A stretch of DNA of 60,817 nucleotides, the filler included. It is 8 parts of 8 records of this genome, joined end to end, with 100 filler letters (N's around TTAATTAATTAA, not from the genome) between each part and the next. Parts side by side here need not be neighbours in the genome. Positions count along the whole stretch, not along the records: positions 37,818 to 43,302 come from SRR31147125_22496; positions 43,403 to 49,733 come from SRR31147125_22507; positions 49,834 to 60,817 come from SRR31147125_22519; 5 more parts are not named here. One strand, written 5' to 3'. The position numbers and the translations under genes are program-made. Every line of letters begins with the position of its first letter. The stretch's first letter is position 1. Below, in pieces: positions 41,463 through 50,352 of the stretch. The notes under the pieces are model-generated. The model was not told where the DNA came from, ran no database searches, and saw only the letters and a program-made list of their open reading frames with translations.

Positions 41463-43127
41463 TTATATTATGTTTAGGTATTTTTCTGCTATAGATTTCT
41501 CTTCACCATCTAATTTATCTAATAATAAGTCAGTATAAAAGTTCTTTGCTGTATCTCTAGCTGTTTTAGAAAGCCTTTCATCAAGGTTATTACAATAATT
41601 AAGAATAGTATCTAATAGTTTATAAACTTTTAAATCAGCCGCTAATATTAACAGCATTTTTCTAAGCATCCACCATTCATTCTCATTCTTAAGAACTTTT
41701 TCTATTATTTCGGCGATATCCTTATTTGGATATTTTTCTAAATGAATTACACTTTTTGCCCTAACTTCTCTTTTTACATTTTCATCTAATATTAACGCTT
41801 TTAAACAATCATAAGAAACGTCGATTCTTTTCAAGCTTTTTACTGCCACTTCTAAAAGTTCAGGTGAATCTCTTCTTTCATTTAAGACCTCTTCAATTAT
41901 AGAAGAAACCTTCTCATTATCAAAATTAACTAATATTTTTAGAGTATCCAGTTTAATATCTTTTACAAATTTAGCTTCTTCTAAAATTTCATCTAAGATT
42001 TCTTCATAACCAAGCTTAGCAAGTGCCTCCACAGTAACTTTTTTCAGTTCTGATTTTGCACTAGTTAGGAATTTTTTCAGTTCCTCTTTTGTATCATCAT
42101 CACCAATATTTCCAAGCTCTGTTATTATTGTTCGAAGAACTCTTTCGTCTTCCTCCATGCTTATTAAAGCAGTTAACTCTTTTAGATAGCTCTCTCCTTC
42201 TGATTTAGCTAAAATTATCACTGCAAACTTCTTTATCAGCCACCACTCATCTGGAATAAAGGCCATCATTTTTACTTTTTCCATTACTTCTTCATCTTTA
42301 GTTAGATTATATAGAGCTCCAAGTGCTTTTGCTCTGATATCTCTATCATCACTGTCAAGTAATTCAAGTAAAAATTGCTTTTTTGACTCTCCTTGTAGCT
42401 CCTCTAAACTTTCTATTAAGAATAGTTTCATCTCTTTAGTATCTATTTTACTATAAAGCTTCTCAATGATACCTTTGAAATTTGTAATATGTAAATCACA
42501 GATACTAGAGATAATAACTCTTATAATCTTATTATCATCTACTTCATCAATCAACTTATTTAACACAATTTCTGCTTTTTCTTCAGGAATTAATCCCAAG
42601 ATGTTTAGAAGCTCATCTTCGTGCATATTATTAATATAATTATGAAATAGTGTTGAGTCTTTAAGGTATGCTTTAATTATATTTTTTATTACTTTGTTTT
42701 TATCATTATAATACCTTATCATAAGCTTTACTGCTTCTTCAGTATGAATCACATTCAACATATCTATTATATCTCTTTTTAAATCAATATTTTCACTTGT
42801 CAAGAAATCCTTAAATTCGCTGATATACTCAATCGCATTAAGTTTTTTAACCGATGAAACTACTAACTCAAGTACATCATCATCATCAATTTGTTTAAAT
42901 GGTACTAGTGCCTCTAAAAAGTCTTTGTCCCCAATTTCAGCAAGTGCTAAAATACTTTTTCCTCTAATTGCTCTACTAGCTTCATTATTCACAGCAAATT
43001 TCGTAAGTGCATTTTTAGCTTTTAAACTCTTCAATTTCCCTAGTTCATTAATAGCTTGTACTTTTTCCTCTTCACTAATTGTCTGTCCCAACTTTTCAAT
43101 ATAAAGATACTCAAGATATGTACTCAA
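41463..43127 (-). CDS. HEAT/PBS-lyase repeat protein
   Basis: Repeated 'IRxxA/SxxALxxIG' helices and two 'EWW' repeats; AGGAG RBS favours the TTG at 43127. Confidence 0.8.
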   Translation of the reverse strand: MSTYLEYLYIEKLGQTISEEEKVQAINELGKLKSLKAKNALTKFAVNNEASRAIRGKSILALAEIGDKDFLEALVPFKQIDDDDVLELVVSSVKKLNAIEYISEFKDFLTSENIDLKRDIIDMLNVIHTEEAVKLMIRYYNDKNKVIKNIIKAYLKDSTLFHNYINNMHEDELLNILGLIPEEKAEIVLNKLIDEVDDNKIIRVIISSICDLHITNFKGIIEKLYSKIDTKEMKLFLIESLEELQGESKKQFLLELLDSDDRDIRAKALGALYNLTKDEEVMEKVKMMAFIPDEWWLIKKFAVIILAKSEGESYLKELTALISMEEDERVLRTIITELGNIGDDDTKEELKKFLTSAKSELKKVTVEALAKLGYEEILDEILEEAKFVKDIKLDTLKILVNFDNEKVSSIIEEVLNERRDSPELLEVAVKSLKRIDVSYDCLKALILDENVKREVRAKSVIHLEKYPNKDIAEIIEKVLKNENEWWMLRKMLLILAADLKVYKLLDTILNYCNNLDERLSKTARDTAKNFYTDLLLDKLDGEEKSIAEKYLNII

Positions 43128-43140
43128 ATGACTCACTCCT

Positions 43141-43302
43141 TTAAATAATTTCTCCGTCAAAAAAATTGATAACCTTATCTACAAAATCATCACTTTGCCC
43201 ATCTTTTTCTTCAACTTTTTTTCCAGAGTTGATAATATATTTTATTTTTATGTTAAGTTTTGTTTTTTCTCTTAAAATCTCCTCTATCACTCCACCATAG
43301 TT
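43141..43302 (-). CDS. dnaX: C-terminus of probable DNA polymerase III gamma/tau (5'-truncated; not in the ORF track)
   Basis: Manual translation ends ...DDFVDKVINFFDGEII*, resembling DnaX C-termini. Confidence 0.55.
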   Translation of the reverse strand, partial: NYGGVIEEILREKTKLNIKIKYIINSGKKVEEKDGQSDDFVDKVINFFDGEII

Positions 43303-43402
43303 NNNNNNNNNNNNNNNNNNNNNNNNNNNNNNNNNNNNNNNNNNNNTTAATTAATTAANNNNNNNNNNNNNNNNNNNNNNNNNNNNNNNNNNNNNNNNNN
43401 NN
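43303..43402. other. Artificial contig linker
   Basis: N44-TTAATTAATTAA-N44. Confidence 0.98.
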
Positions 43403-44632
43403 TTCCTCAAACGCCCCACCCTTTTTCCTGAAAAGCTTTACGTTGCCATCAATTGTAGCTGTATCAACGGCACGAAGAGTTTCAAAGCTCGGCTTTACAT
43501 CGCATTTGCAATCTGCTTTAACCGTATTAAATTTCCATTCGCTTTTACTATCTCCTGCAACCGCCACCGTATCGGCAGGTGTGGGCTGAATAGGATTCTT
43601 GTCTTGAATAGCGGCAACTGAATTAAAGAAGTTACCCATCGGGTTTTCTGTAATAGAGAAATGGAAAGCTGTTACGACTTCGTTTCTTTGTCTTTTGTCG
43701 CCTACGATTTTTTCCCAGATTTTGAGTCCGTAGTTAGTGATTTGTCTCGCACCTTCGGCCTCTTGTACTGCCGGTACATCCGTTGCGTATGCAGGATACT
43801 CATCATTGGCTTTTTCGAGAGACACCTTCAAAACATTGTTTCTAACAGTTCCATCAGGAGCGATGTAGGTGGAACCGGTTTCCTCGTAATAATCTTCTTC
43901 TGCAAAAACGAGGAAGAAGTTATCCGGCTGTACCGGTTTCTTATTGATGTCTTTAAGTCCGTTTTCCGTCAAGCCGGTAATCACTATAAGATAGGTATGA
44001 CCAGGCTCGAAATCGGCTGGAATTGTTCCGCCGAGAGTTTTTCTTACAGTAAGAAAGTACGGATGAGCGTCTGCTCCGGCGTAGTTGAAAGACATTACAT
44101 ATTCGCTTGAAGTTATAACTTCAGGATTATCCTTGTCTGTCACATCAAAAAAGAAGAAGTTCGCTTTGTCTTCGTTTGCAGCACTGTCGTCATACTGCAC
44201 GAGGCTTTCCATATCAATCTTTTGCGAGAACGGAATGTTCACGATAAATCCCGGAACAAAGCCGCTTAGCAAATTCATGCCTGAAACCAGATATTTGGTT
44301 AGGGCGGAATCTTCCACTGCCGGATAACCGAGGTCTTTTCGTATTGCCAAAGCCTTGCCTTCAGTTATCGGAAGATTCATTCCTGTAGGTCTTTCAGATG
44401 CTTTTTCCACTCCGGGAATACTCAGATAATCATACTGCTGGCCCGGATTAAGCAGGTTTGTCGGTAGCGGCATCACACCCCAATCAGGGTTGACTATCGC
44501 AATCGGTTCGGTTTCGTAACCGACATTTGACGGATCATCCTGACCTACATCGGGACAACCGGAAATAAGAGCAGCAAGCGATAAAATCGCCAAAAAGCTC
44601 ATTGAAAGACGAACAAAACGTGGAAAAATCAT
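43403..44632 (-). CDS. Large lipoprotein with Ig-like N-terminal region resembling VolA/Pla-1 lipase N-termini (3'-truncated)
   Basis: Lipobox 'ISGC'; 'PLPTNLL...MNLP...MNLLSGF...IPFSQKIDMESL', 'FEPGHTYLIVIT...LKD'. Confidence 0.55.
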
Positions 44633-44818
44633 GATTCCTCCCTTTTTTTCAAGAATCCACTATATAATTTTACTAAAAACCTTACTGATTTGGATTATTC
44701 AGCAATCATTGCCGCATATTCTACTCCAGCGTAATTGGATTATCAACATTTTCACCATTTAAAACCGATAAGACTTGCATAACCATAAGTCTATGATATC
44801 CTTGCGTCTTATTTTTTG

Positions 44819-45261
44819 ATGATGTTTGATGATGGAAAAAGTGTATTGAAAATTAGCGTTAGACCGATCGACAAAGAACCTTGGCAAAAAACAGCCGCCC
44901 TGATAATATTGATAATGCTTTCAAGCATTTTCTCGGCTTATTTCATGGGAAGTAGCTACTGGGGATTATTCGCTCTTGCGGTTCTCGTAATCGCCACCAA
45001 AAACTACTTCATCAGGATCGAATTCGAGCTTTTGGACGATAAAATCATCATCGACCGTGGACTACTCAAAAAAGAGCGAAAATGGAGCGAGTTTTATCGG
45101 GTTGTCAGCGATAAACAGGGAGTATTTTTATCCTGTTTTAAAAAGCATCGAAACTTGACGCCTTTCGAGGCGAATATATACTTTGCTACGAGAAAAAATC
45201 GGAGGTTGCCGAGTTTGCCAGAGCGAGGATCGAACAAAGAGAAACCAAAGTCAATCCGTGA
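44819..45261 (+). CDS. Operon gene A: 2-TM protein with soluble beta-rich C-terminal domain; indel at the A run 45140-45144
   Basis: Correcting one base gives '...GVFLSCFKKASKLDAFRGEYILCYEKKSEVAEFARARIEQRETKVNP*' (TGA 45259-45261). The ORF track's 260-aa protein is a chimera of A and B. Confidence 0.6.
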
Positions 45262-45598
45262 ATGGTTGACTTTCGCTTTCAAAGTTCCGGAAAAAGGTGA
45301 ATTATCCGAGGAAGATATAGCACTTTTGGATAAAATGGCTGATTTTCTTGAGAAAAAGTCATTGATGGAAGCGGCGATTCTTGGTATGGAAACCATACGA
45401 CCACTTAATTTTGTCGGAGCGCAAGCCTTGGCTTTCTTGCGACCATTCGTGCATATGGTATATAAGAAAAAAGAGGAATATGACAAATTTACCGAGTTGC
45501 TTGAAAACAGGCATACTCTGGGACAATTTGTAGAAATCCTTGAAGCTAGAATAGCTCGTTTGTCCGATAATGAAAAGGAAGAGGATAAAAGTGTATAA
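45215..45598 (+). CDS. Operon gene B: small helical hypothetical protein
   Basis: GGAGG RBS then TTG at 45215; 'LLDKMA...AAILGMETIRPLNFVGAQALAFLRPFV...LLENR'. Confidence 0.65.
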   Translation: MPERGSNKEKPKSIREWLTFAFKVPEKGELSEEDIALLDKMADFLEKKSLMEAAILGMETIRPLNFVGAQALAFLRPFVHMVYKKKEEYDKFTELLENRHTLGQFVEILEARIARLSDNEKEEDKSV

Positions 45599-47126
45599 GC
45601 GACTGATTTTATTGATTGTTTCTATTGTTTTCATGTTTTCTGCTACTGCTTCGGCACAGTTGCCGAAAGTGGTTGATTTTACAGGAGACGATGTCAAAAA
45701 CGATGCCGGACAAAGTGTCGTTCTGACCTGGCCGAAACAGAATGGAGAAAACCCGAACTGGCGATATATTATCGAGGCTTCGGCAAATTCCGATGGCCCC
45801 TGGACTCGTGTTGCCCGCTTCGGTTCGATGTTGCAGTGGAAAGAAGATTATCCGGAGATTTTCGGTCATCCAGATGAAAATGATCTGCAAAAGACTCATG
45901 CTCTGAAAGTTAGCCTAGCTCCTCCATCATCAGAAATGATAGGGGAACTAAAGAGCAAAGCTGAAGCTTCTTTATTGGCAGCTAAGGAAAAAATTTCAAA
46001 TATTGAAGAAAAAATCAGTAAAGTCAAAGCTGAATTCGCATCGTACTCCAGACAAAGAGAGCAATTGCAGGAAAGATTATCCAAAGCTCCAAAAGGTGAT
46101 GATGATGTTTCACGAGACAAACGCGTTTCAATTGCTGCAACACTTGAGGATTTAAAAAGGGAAAACAGACATCTCGATCGCCTTTACGATCAGAAATCTT
46201 CGGTATCTAAAAAAATCCAGCAATACACAACATGGTCACCACCTGTTACAACCACGCTAAAGCCTGGAAATCAGTACTATTTCCGCATTTCAGCAGAACA
46301 ATCGGGTGAGGTTGGCCCTATTGCTACAACAACAGCAACACCCTGGGGTAACTGGATAAACACCAATCGTTTGCATAATCTTCTGATTGCTCTTTTGCTT
46401 GCTTCGCTGATTATCATTTATACATTGAAAGCTCGCAAAAATCCGGAAAACATTTTTGTTCGTCGTATTGCAGGTCTTGAAGCCGTCGATGATGCCATCG
46501 GACGCGCAACCGAGATGGGAAAGCCGATTTTCTTTGTTCATGGTCTTGCAAATCTGGCCTCGATTTCAACAGTGGCTGCAATTAACATTCTAGGTAAAAT
46601 CGCCGAAAAAGTCGCGGAATACGGAACGGAATTCAAGGTCACTAACCGTGACCCGGTTGTTTTGGCTGTCAGTCAGGAAACTGTAAAAGAAGCGTATCTT
46701 AGAACCGGAAGACCGGATCTATATAATGAAGACCACGTATTTTACGTCAGTCAGGATCAGTTCTCCTATGCAACCGGTGTTGAAGGAATGTTTTTGCGTG
46801 AGCAACCGGCATCCTGCTTCTACTTCGGATACTACTACGCCGAGGCGTTGCTACTTACAGAAACCGGATCTCATATCGGAGCGATTCAGATTGCAGGAAC
46901 AGACAGCTACACACAGCTACCGTTTTTCATCACAACTTGCGATTACACTTTGATGGGTGAAGAGCTTTACGCAGCGAGTGCATATATGTCACGTGAACCT
47001 AAACTTCTGGCAAGTCTTAAAGCACAGGATATTACAAAAGGTATTCTGCTAATATTCGCTTTGCTCGGAGTTGTGCTTTCTACAAGCGGAATCATGTGGC
47101 TGGTTAACTGGACGGAATCATTCTGA
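45591..47126 (+). CDS. Operon gene C: signal peptide, FN3-like extracellular region with coiled-coil insert, TM, DUF6754-like domain, TM
   Basis: 'VRRIAGLEAVDDAIGRATEMGKP', 'QLPFFITTCDYTLMGEELYAASAY', 'SLKAQD'. The DUF6754 label is from memory. GTG start after GAGGA (alternative ATG 45570). Confidence 0.75.
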   Translation: MYKRLILLIVSIVFMFSATASAQLPKVVDFTGDDVKNDAGQSVVLTWPKQNGENPNWRYIIEASANSDGPWTRVARFGSMLQWKEDYPEIFGHPDENDLQKTHALKVSLAPPSSEMIGELKSKAEASLLAAKEKISNIEEKISKVKAEFASYSRQREQLQERLSKAPKGDDDVSRDKRVSIAATLEDLKRENRHLDRLYDQKSSVSKKIQQYTTWSPPVTTTLKPGNQYYFRISAEQSGEVGPIATTTATPWGNWINTNRLHNLLIALLLASLIIIYTLKARKNPENIFVRRIAGLEAVDDAIGRATEMGKPIFFVHGLANLASISTVAAINILGKIAEKVAEYGTEFKVTNRDPVVLAVSQETVKEAYLRTGRPDLYNEDHVFYVSQDQFSYATGVEGMFLREQPASCFYFGYYYAEALLLTETGSHIGAIQIAGTDSYTQLPFFITTCDYTLMGEELYAASAYMSREPKLLASLKAQDITKGILLIFALLGVVLSTSGIMWLVNWTESF

Positions 47127-47187
47127 TTTTTACACAGATTAAGAAATTAAAACATACAGGATTTGAGTTAGTAACGAGGTTTTTTGG

Positions 47188-47838
47188 ATGATATTTTTAA
47201 AGAGACAGCTACCTTTAATAATTGCATTTATCTTTGGTATTCTTGGCATTGTCATCGGATATGTGCCTCACCAGAGCTTTGAAGATCTTTATACCGAGCT
47301 TGTCAACTGGGATAGATTGCTTGCAGCTTTTGCTCTTTTACTCGGTATGTATTCGCTGCTTAGAATGCACTGGAAACGCATCGAGAGAAGACAGGAAGGC
47401 TTTGGCTTTTCCATCATTTTGTGGTTCGGCTTTCTGCTTACTTTCGGAGTCGGAATCTACAACGAAGGTGACTGGATGTTCGCCAACAGAACAAGCCACG
47501 GAATGACAAGCTGGATATACGATTATGTTTTCAAACCGGCTGGCGCGACAATGTTTTCCGTTCTTGCCTTTTTTATCGCATCTGCCGCCTACAGAACATT
47601 CCGTGCCAGAACCGTTTCGGCGGGATTGCTTCTTTGTGCTGCTCTGGTCGTCATGATCGGTCAGGTTCCAATTGGAGATTTGATTTCACACAGAATTCCG
47701 GAACTTTCGATCTGGTTGATGGAAATACCTAACGCAGCCGTAAAACGCGGTATCTTCCTTGGTGTCGCTTTGGGTGTTGTCGCTACCTCGCTTCGTATCA
47801 TCTTCGGTGTCGAACGAGCATACCTGGGAGGTGAATAA
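47188..47838 (+). CDS. Operon gene D: membrane protein with about 6 TMs, unknown function
   Basis: 'ATMFSVLAFFIASAAYRTFRAR', 'PNAAVKRGIFLGVALG...LRIIFGVER'. Confidence 0.8.
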   Translation: MIFLKRQLPLIIAFIFGILGIVIGYVPHQSFEDLYTELVNWDRLLAAFALLLGMYSLLRMHWKRIERRQEGFGFSIILWFGFLLTFGVGIYNEGDWMFANRTSHGMTSWIYDYVFKPAGATMFSVLAFFIASAAYRTFRARTVSAGLLLCAALVVMIGQVPIGDLISHRIPELSIWLMEIPNAAVKRGIFLGVALGVVATSLRIIFGVERAYLGGE

Positions 47839-48680
47839 TGAAGCGTGAAACATTACAAAAACTACTTGATCTTGACCGCAGATGGATCTTTTTGTTCGTG
47901 CTTATTGCTGCAATCGTAGCAAGACTTGCAGAGTTCAATTTGCCAAGCATTCCCAAAAAGCGAGTCACGGAAATGTATAACGAAGTGGAAAAGCTTGCCA
48001 AAGAAGACAAGATTCTGCTTATTTCGATGGATTACGATCCATCCGGAAAACCTGAGCTTGAGCCTATGTCAAGAGCAGTTTTAAGACATGCTTTCATGCG
48101 CGATATAAAAGTCGTCGGCATGACTCATAACCCTCACGGACAAAACCTTGCACAGTCCGTCATGGAACAGACAGCCGCAGAATACGGCAAGGAATACGGT
48201 AAAGATTACGTATACTTAGGCTACAAAACAGGCTTCGCAACCCTCATCATTAATATGGGACAGGACTTTTACGGAGCTTTTCCCTTCGACTTCAAGGGAG
48301 TAGACACAAAATCATATCAAGTCACCGCAGGCATAAACTCACTTGCCGATTTCGGTTACGTCGTCTCGATTGCATCAAACGCCGCATGGGAAATGTGGAT
48401 GATTTTCGGACGTGAAAAATATCGCTTTACTCTTGGAACGGGCACAACAGGAGTTATCGCTCCCGATGTTTTCCCGTTTTTACAAACAGGTCAGATTACT
48501 GGACTTTTAGGAGGCTTGGCCGGTGCCGCCGAATATGAAACTCTGATAAACAAACCGGATCGAGCTGAAATAGGAATGAGACCGCAATCCGCTGTCCATA
48601 TGCTTTTGGTTCTGCTTGTTATTTTTGGTAATGTCATTTTCTACTGGGAGCGCAGGCTTGCCAGAAAGCGCAGAGCATAA
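47838..48680 (+). CDS. Operon gene E: alpha/beta domain anchored by N- and C-terminal TMs
   Basis: 'LISMDYDP...ELEPM', 'YGKDYVYLGY', 'GLLGGLAGAAEYE'; TAATG overlap with gene D. Confidence 0.8.
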   Translation: MKRETLQKLLDLDRRWIFLFVLIAAIVARLAEFNLPSIPKKRVTEMYNEVEKLAKEDKILLISMDYDPSGKPELEPMSRAVLRHAFMRDIKVVGMTHNPHGQNLAQSVMEQTAAEYGKEYGKDYVYLGYKTGFATLIINMGQDFYGAFPFDFKGVDTKSYQVTAGINSLADFGYVVSIASNAAWEMWMIFGREKYRFTLGTGTTGVIAPDVFPFLQTGQITGLLGGLAGAAEYETLINKPDRAEIGMRPQSAVHMLLVLLVIFGNVIFYWERRLARKRRA

Positions 48681-48690
48681 GGAGGTCATG

Positions 48691-49583
48691 ATGGATAAAG
48701 AACAACTAAGAGATAGAATCCTCTTTATTATTCTGGCAGCAGTTATCGTTGTCTCGAATATTTACCTGTTCGCAAGTGGACAGCTCCCTGGGACTGGACC
48801 GGCATAGGGATTATGATTGCAGCGACAATCACCATTTCGATGTACAGCTTTTTGTATAAAGACAACGTTCTTTTCAAAATAGTCGAACATCTTTATATCG
48901 GTGTTGCAGCAGGTTACGTTACTGCCATTTACTGGTTCAACATCTTCTGGCCAGAGCTTGTAAAGCCTCTCGCCGTTCCCGATCCGGGCGAAGAAAGAAA
49001 CTGGCTCAGACTCATTCCAATGCTGCTTGGTGTCGCTCTTTTGATGCGCCTAAGTAATCGTTTTGGCTGGGTTTCTCGTGTTCCGTTTGCCTTTATCATG
49101 GGATTTTTCTCAGGTATCGCTATTCCGAACTACATCCAGACTTTCATGATCGAGCAGCTTCATTATACGGTTCAACCGCTGTTTACATCCGCCGACAGTA
49201 CTCATTTGATACTCGAAGCTCTCTTTTTGGTTACCGTGCTAATATATCTGGTTCTCGATTGGCTATGGCTATCCGTGCTAAATAAACCATGGGTAAATAT
49301 TTTGTGTATGATTCCGGCTCTGGTCTTTTTGGCTATCGGAATCTTTGCACCGATTCCGGGCATCAGTCAGATTGTTGTACTTTTGGGTACGCTAAGTGTC
49401 CTGATTTACTTCTTTTTCTCGGTCGAGCAAAAAGGAGCAGTGGCAACAGCAAGCAAGCTTGGTATCTACTTCCTGATGGTCAGCTTCGGAGCTTCATTCG
49501 GTTATACGATTATGGCCAGAATGTCGCTTTTGGTTGGTCGGTTGGAATTCCTGCTTCGCGACTGGCTTGGCATCAGCCTGTAA
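48691..49583 (+). CDS. Operon gene F: polytopic membrane protein; indel at 48786-48788
   Basis: AAGGAGGT RBS and MDKEQLRDR... start. Adding one C gives '...QLPWDWTGIGIMIAATITISMYSFLYKDN', in frame with ORF 48813-49583. Confidence 0.75.
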
Positions 49584-49600
49584 AATTGAATATTTAGAGC

Positions 49601-49733
49601 ATGTATTACAACACCACACTTGCCATTCTATGCGGGGGAAAAGCCAAAAGAATGAATGGTGTGGAAAAAGGACTGATTGAGATCGACGGGCAAACGATAA
49701 TCGAAAAACAGATAAAAACTCTTTCTCCTTTTT
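49601..49733 (+). CDS. mobA: Molybdenum cofactor guanylyltransferase MobA-like NTP transferase (3'-truncated)
   Basis: 'AILCGGKAKRMNGVEKGLIEIDGQTIIE'. Confidence 0.75.
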
Positions 49734-49833
49734 NNNNNNNNNNNNNNNNNNNNNNNNNNNNNNNNNNNNNNNNNNNNTTAATTAATTAANNNNNNNNNNN
49801 NNNNNNNNNNNNNNNNNNNNNNNNNNNNNNNNN
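49734..49833. other. Artificial contig linker
   Basis: N44-TTAATTAATTAA-N44. Confidence 0.98.
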
Positions 49834-50232
49834 TATTCTACAGGATCAAAATGTACTTGGTCTGTGATGCTGTGGCCAGTTAAACTCTACGCCACCAGAA
49901 ACCCATGGTCCTGCAAGACCAACCAACGCTGGTTTTATAACTTGATTCTTATAGAAAAAGTTATAATCGTTTATTTTGTCATACCCATAATGAATTCTAC
50001 CACCAAGTTCTGGCAACATCATTAAATATATATAGTCGTTTTCCATAACAACTGCGTTATATTCAACATCTTCTTTTTTATCATATACTTTTTCTATAAA
50101 AGGATATGGGTAAACACTTCCTTTACTTGCCTGATAAACCCTTTTTTCTAAAAACATTGGATTCTTATCTGCTTTTCCAATCTTATATGTTGGAATTATT
50201 ATCTTTTGTTTGTAAATTTTAACTTTTTCCAT
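49834..50232 (-). CDS. DUF5107/YphG-like protein, N-terminus (truncated; the stop at 49846 is caused by an extra base)
   Basis: 'PMFLEKRVYQ..KGSVYPYP', 'LPELGGRI', 'IKPALVGLAGPWVSGGVEFNWPQHHRPSTF'; GGAGG RBS before the ATG at 50232. Confidence 0.85.
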
Positions 50233-50352
50233 AACATCCTCCTTATTGCATTTCAATAAATTAATGATATAATAATTTAAAGTATTACAAAATAGATACA
50301 AGTACAAAATGATGGATTTTTATCCTATAATTCACGAATAGATGGTGAAATA

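Noticed and set aside
44816-45598. Single 260-aa protein as listed in the ORF track
   Set aside because: Better explained as two overlapping genes joined by a one-base loss at 45140-45144; the second has its own GGAGG RBS
48805-48813. TAG read-through (pyrrolysine or recoding) between ORFs 48616-48807 and 48813-49583
   Set aside because: The two ORFs are in different frames; a single-base indel at 48786-48788 explains the split
49601-49733. mobA as evidence that the DUF6754-like operon handles molybdenum or tungsten
   Set aside because: Single adjacency at a contig end and no Mo-related motifs in the six genes; not supportable without synteny data
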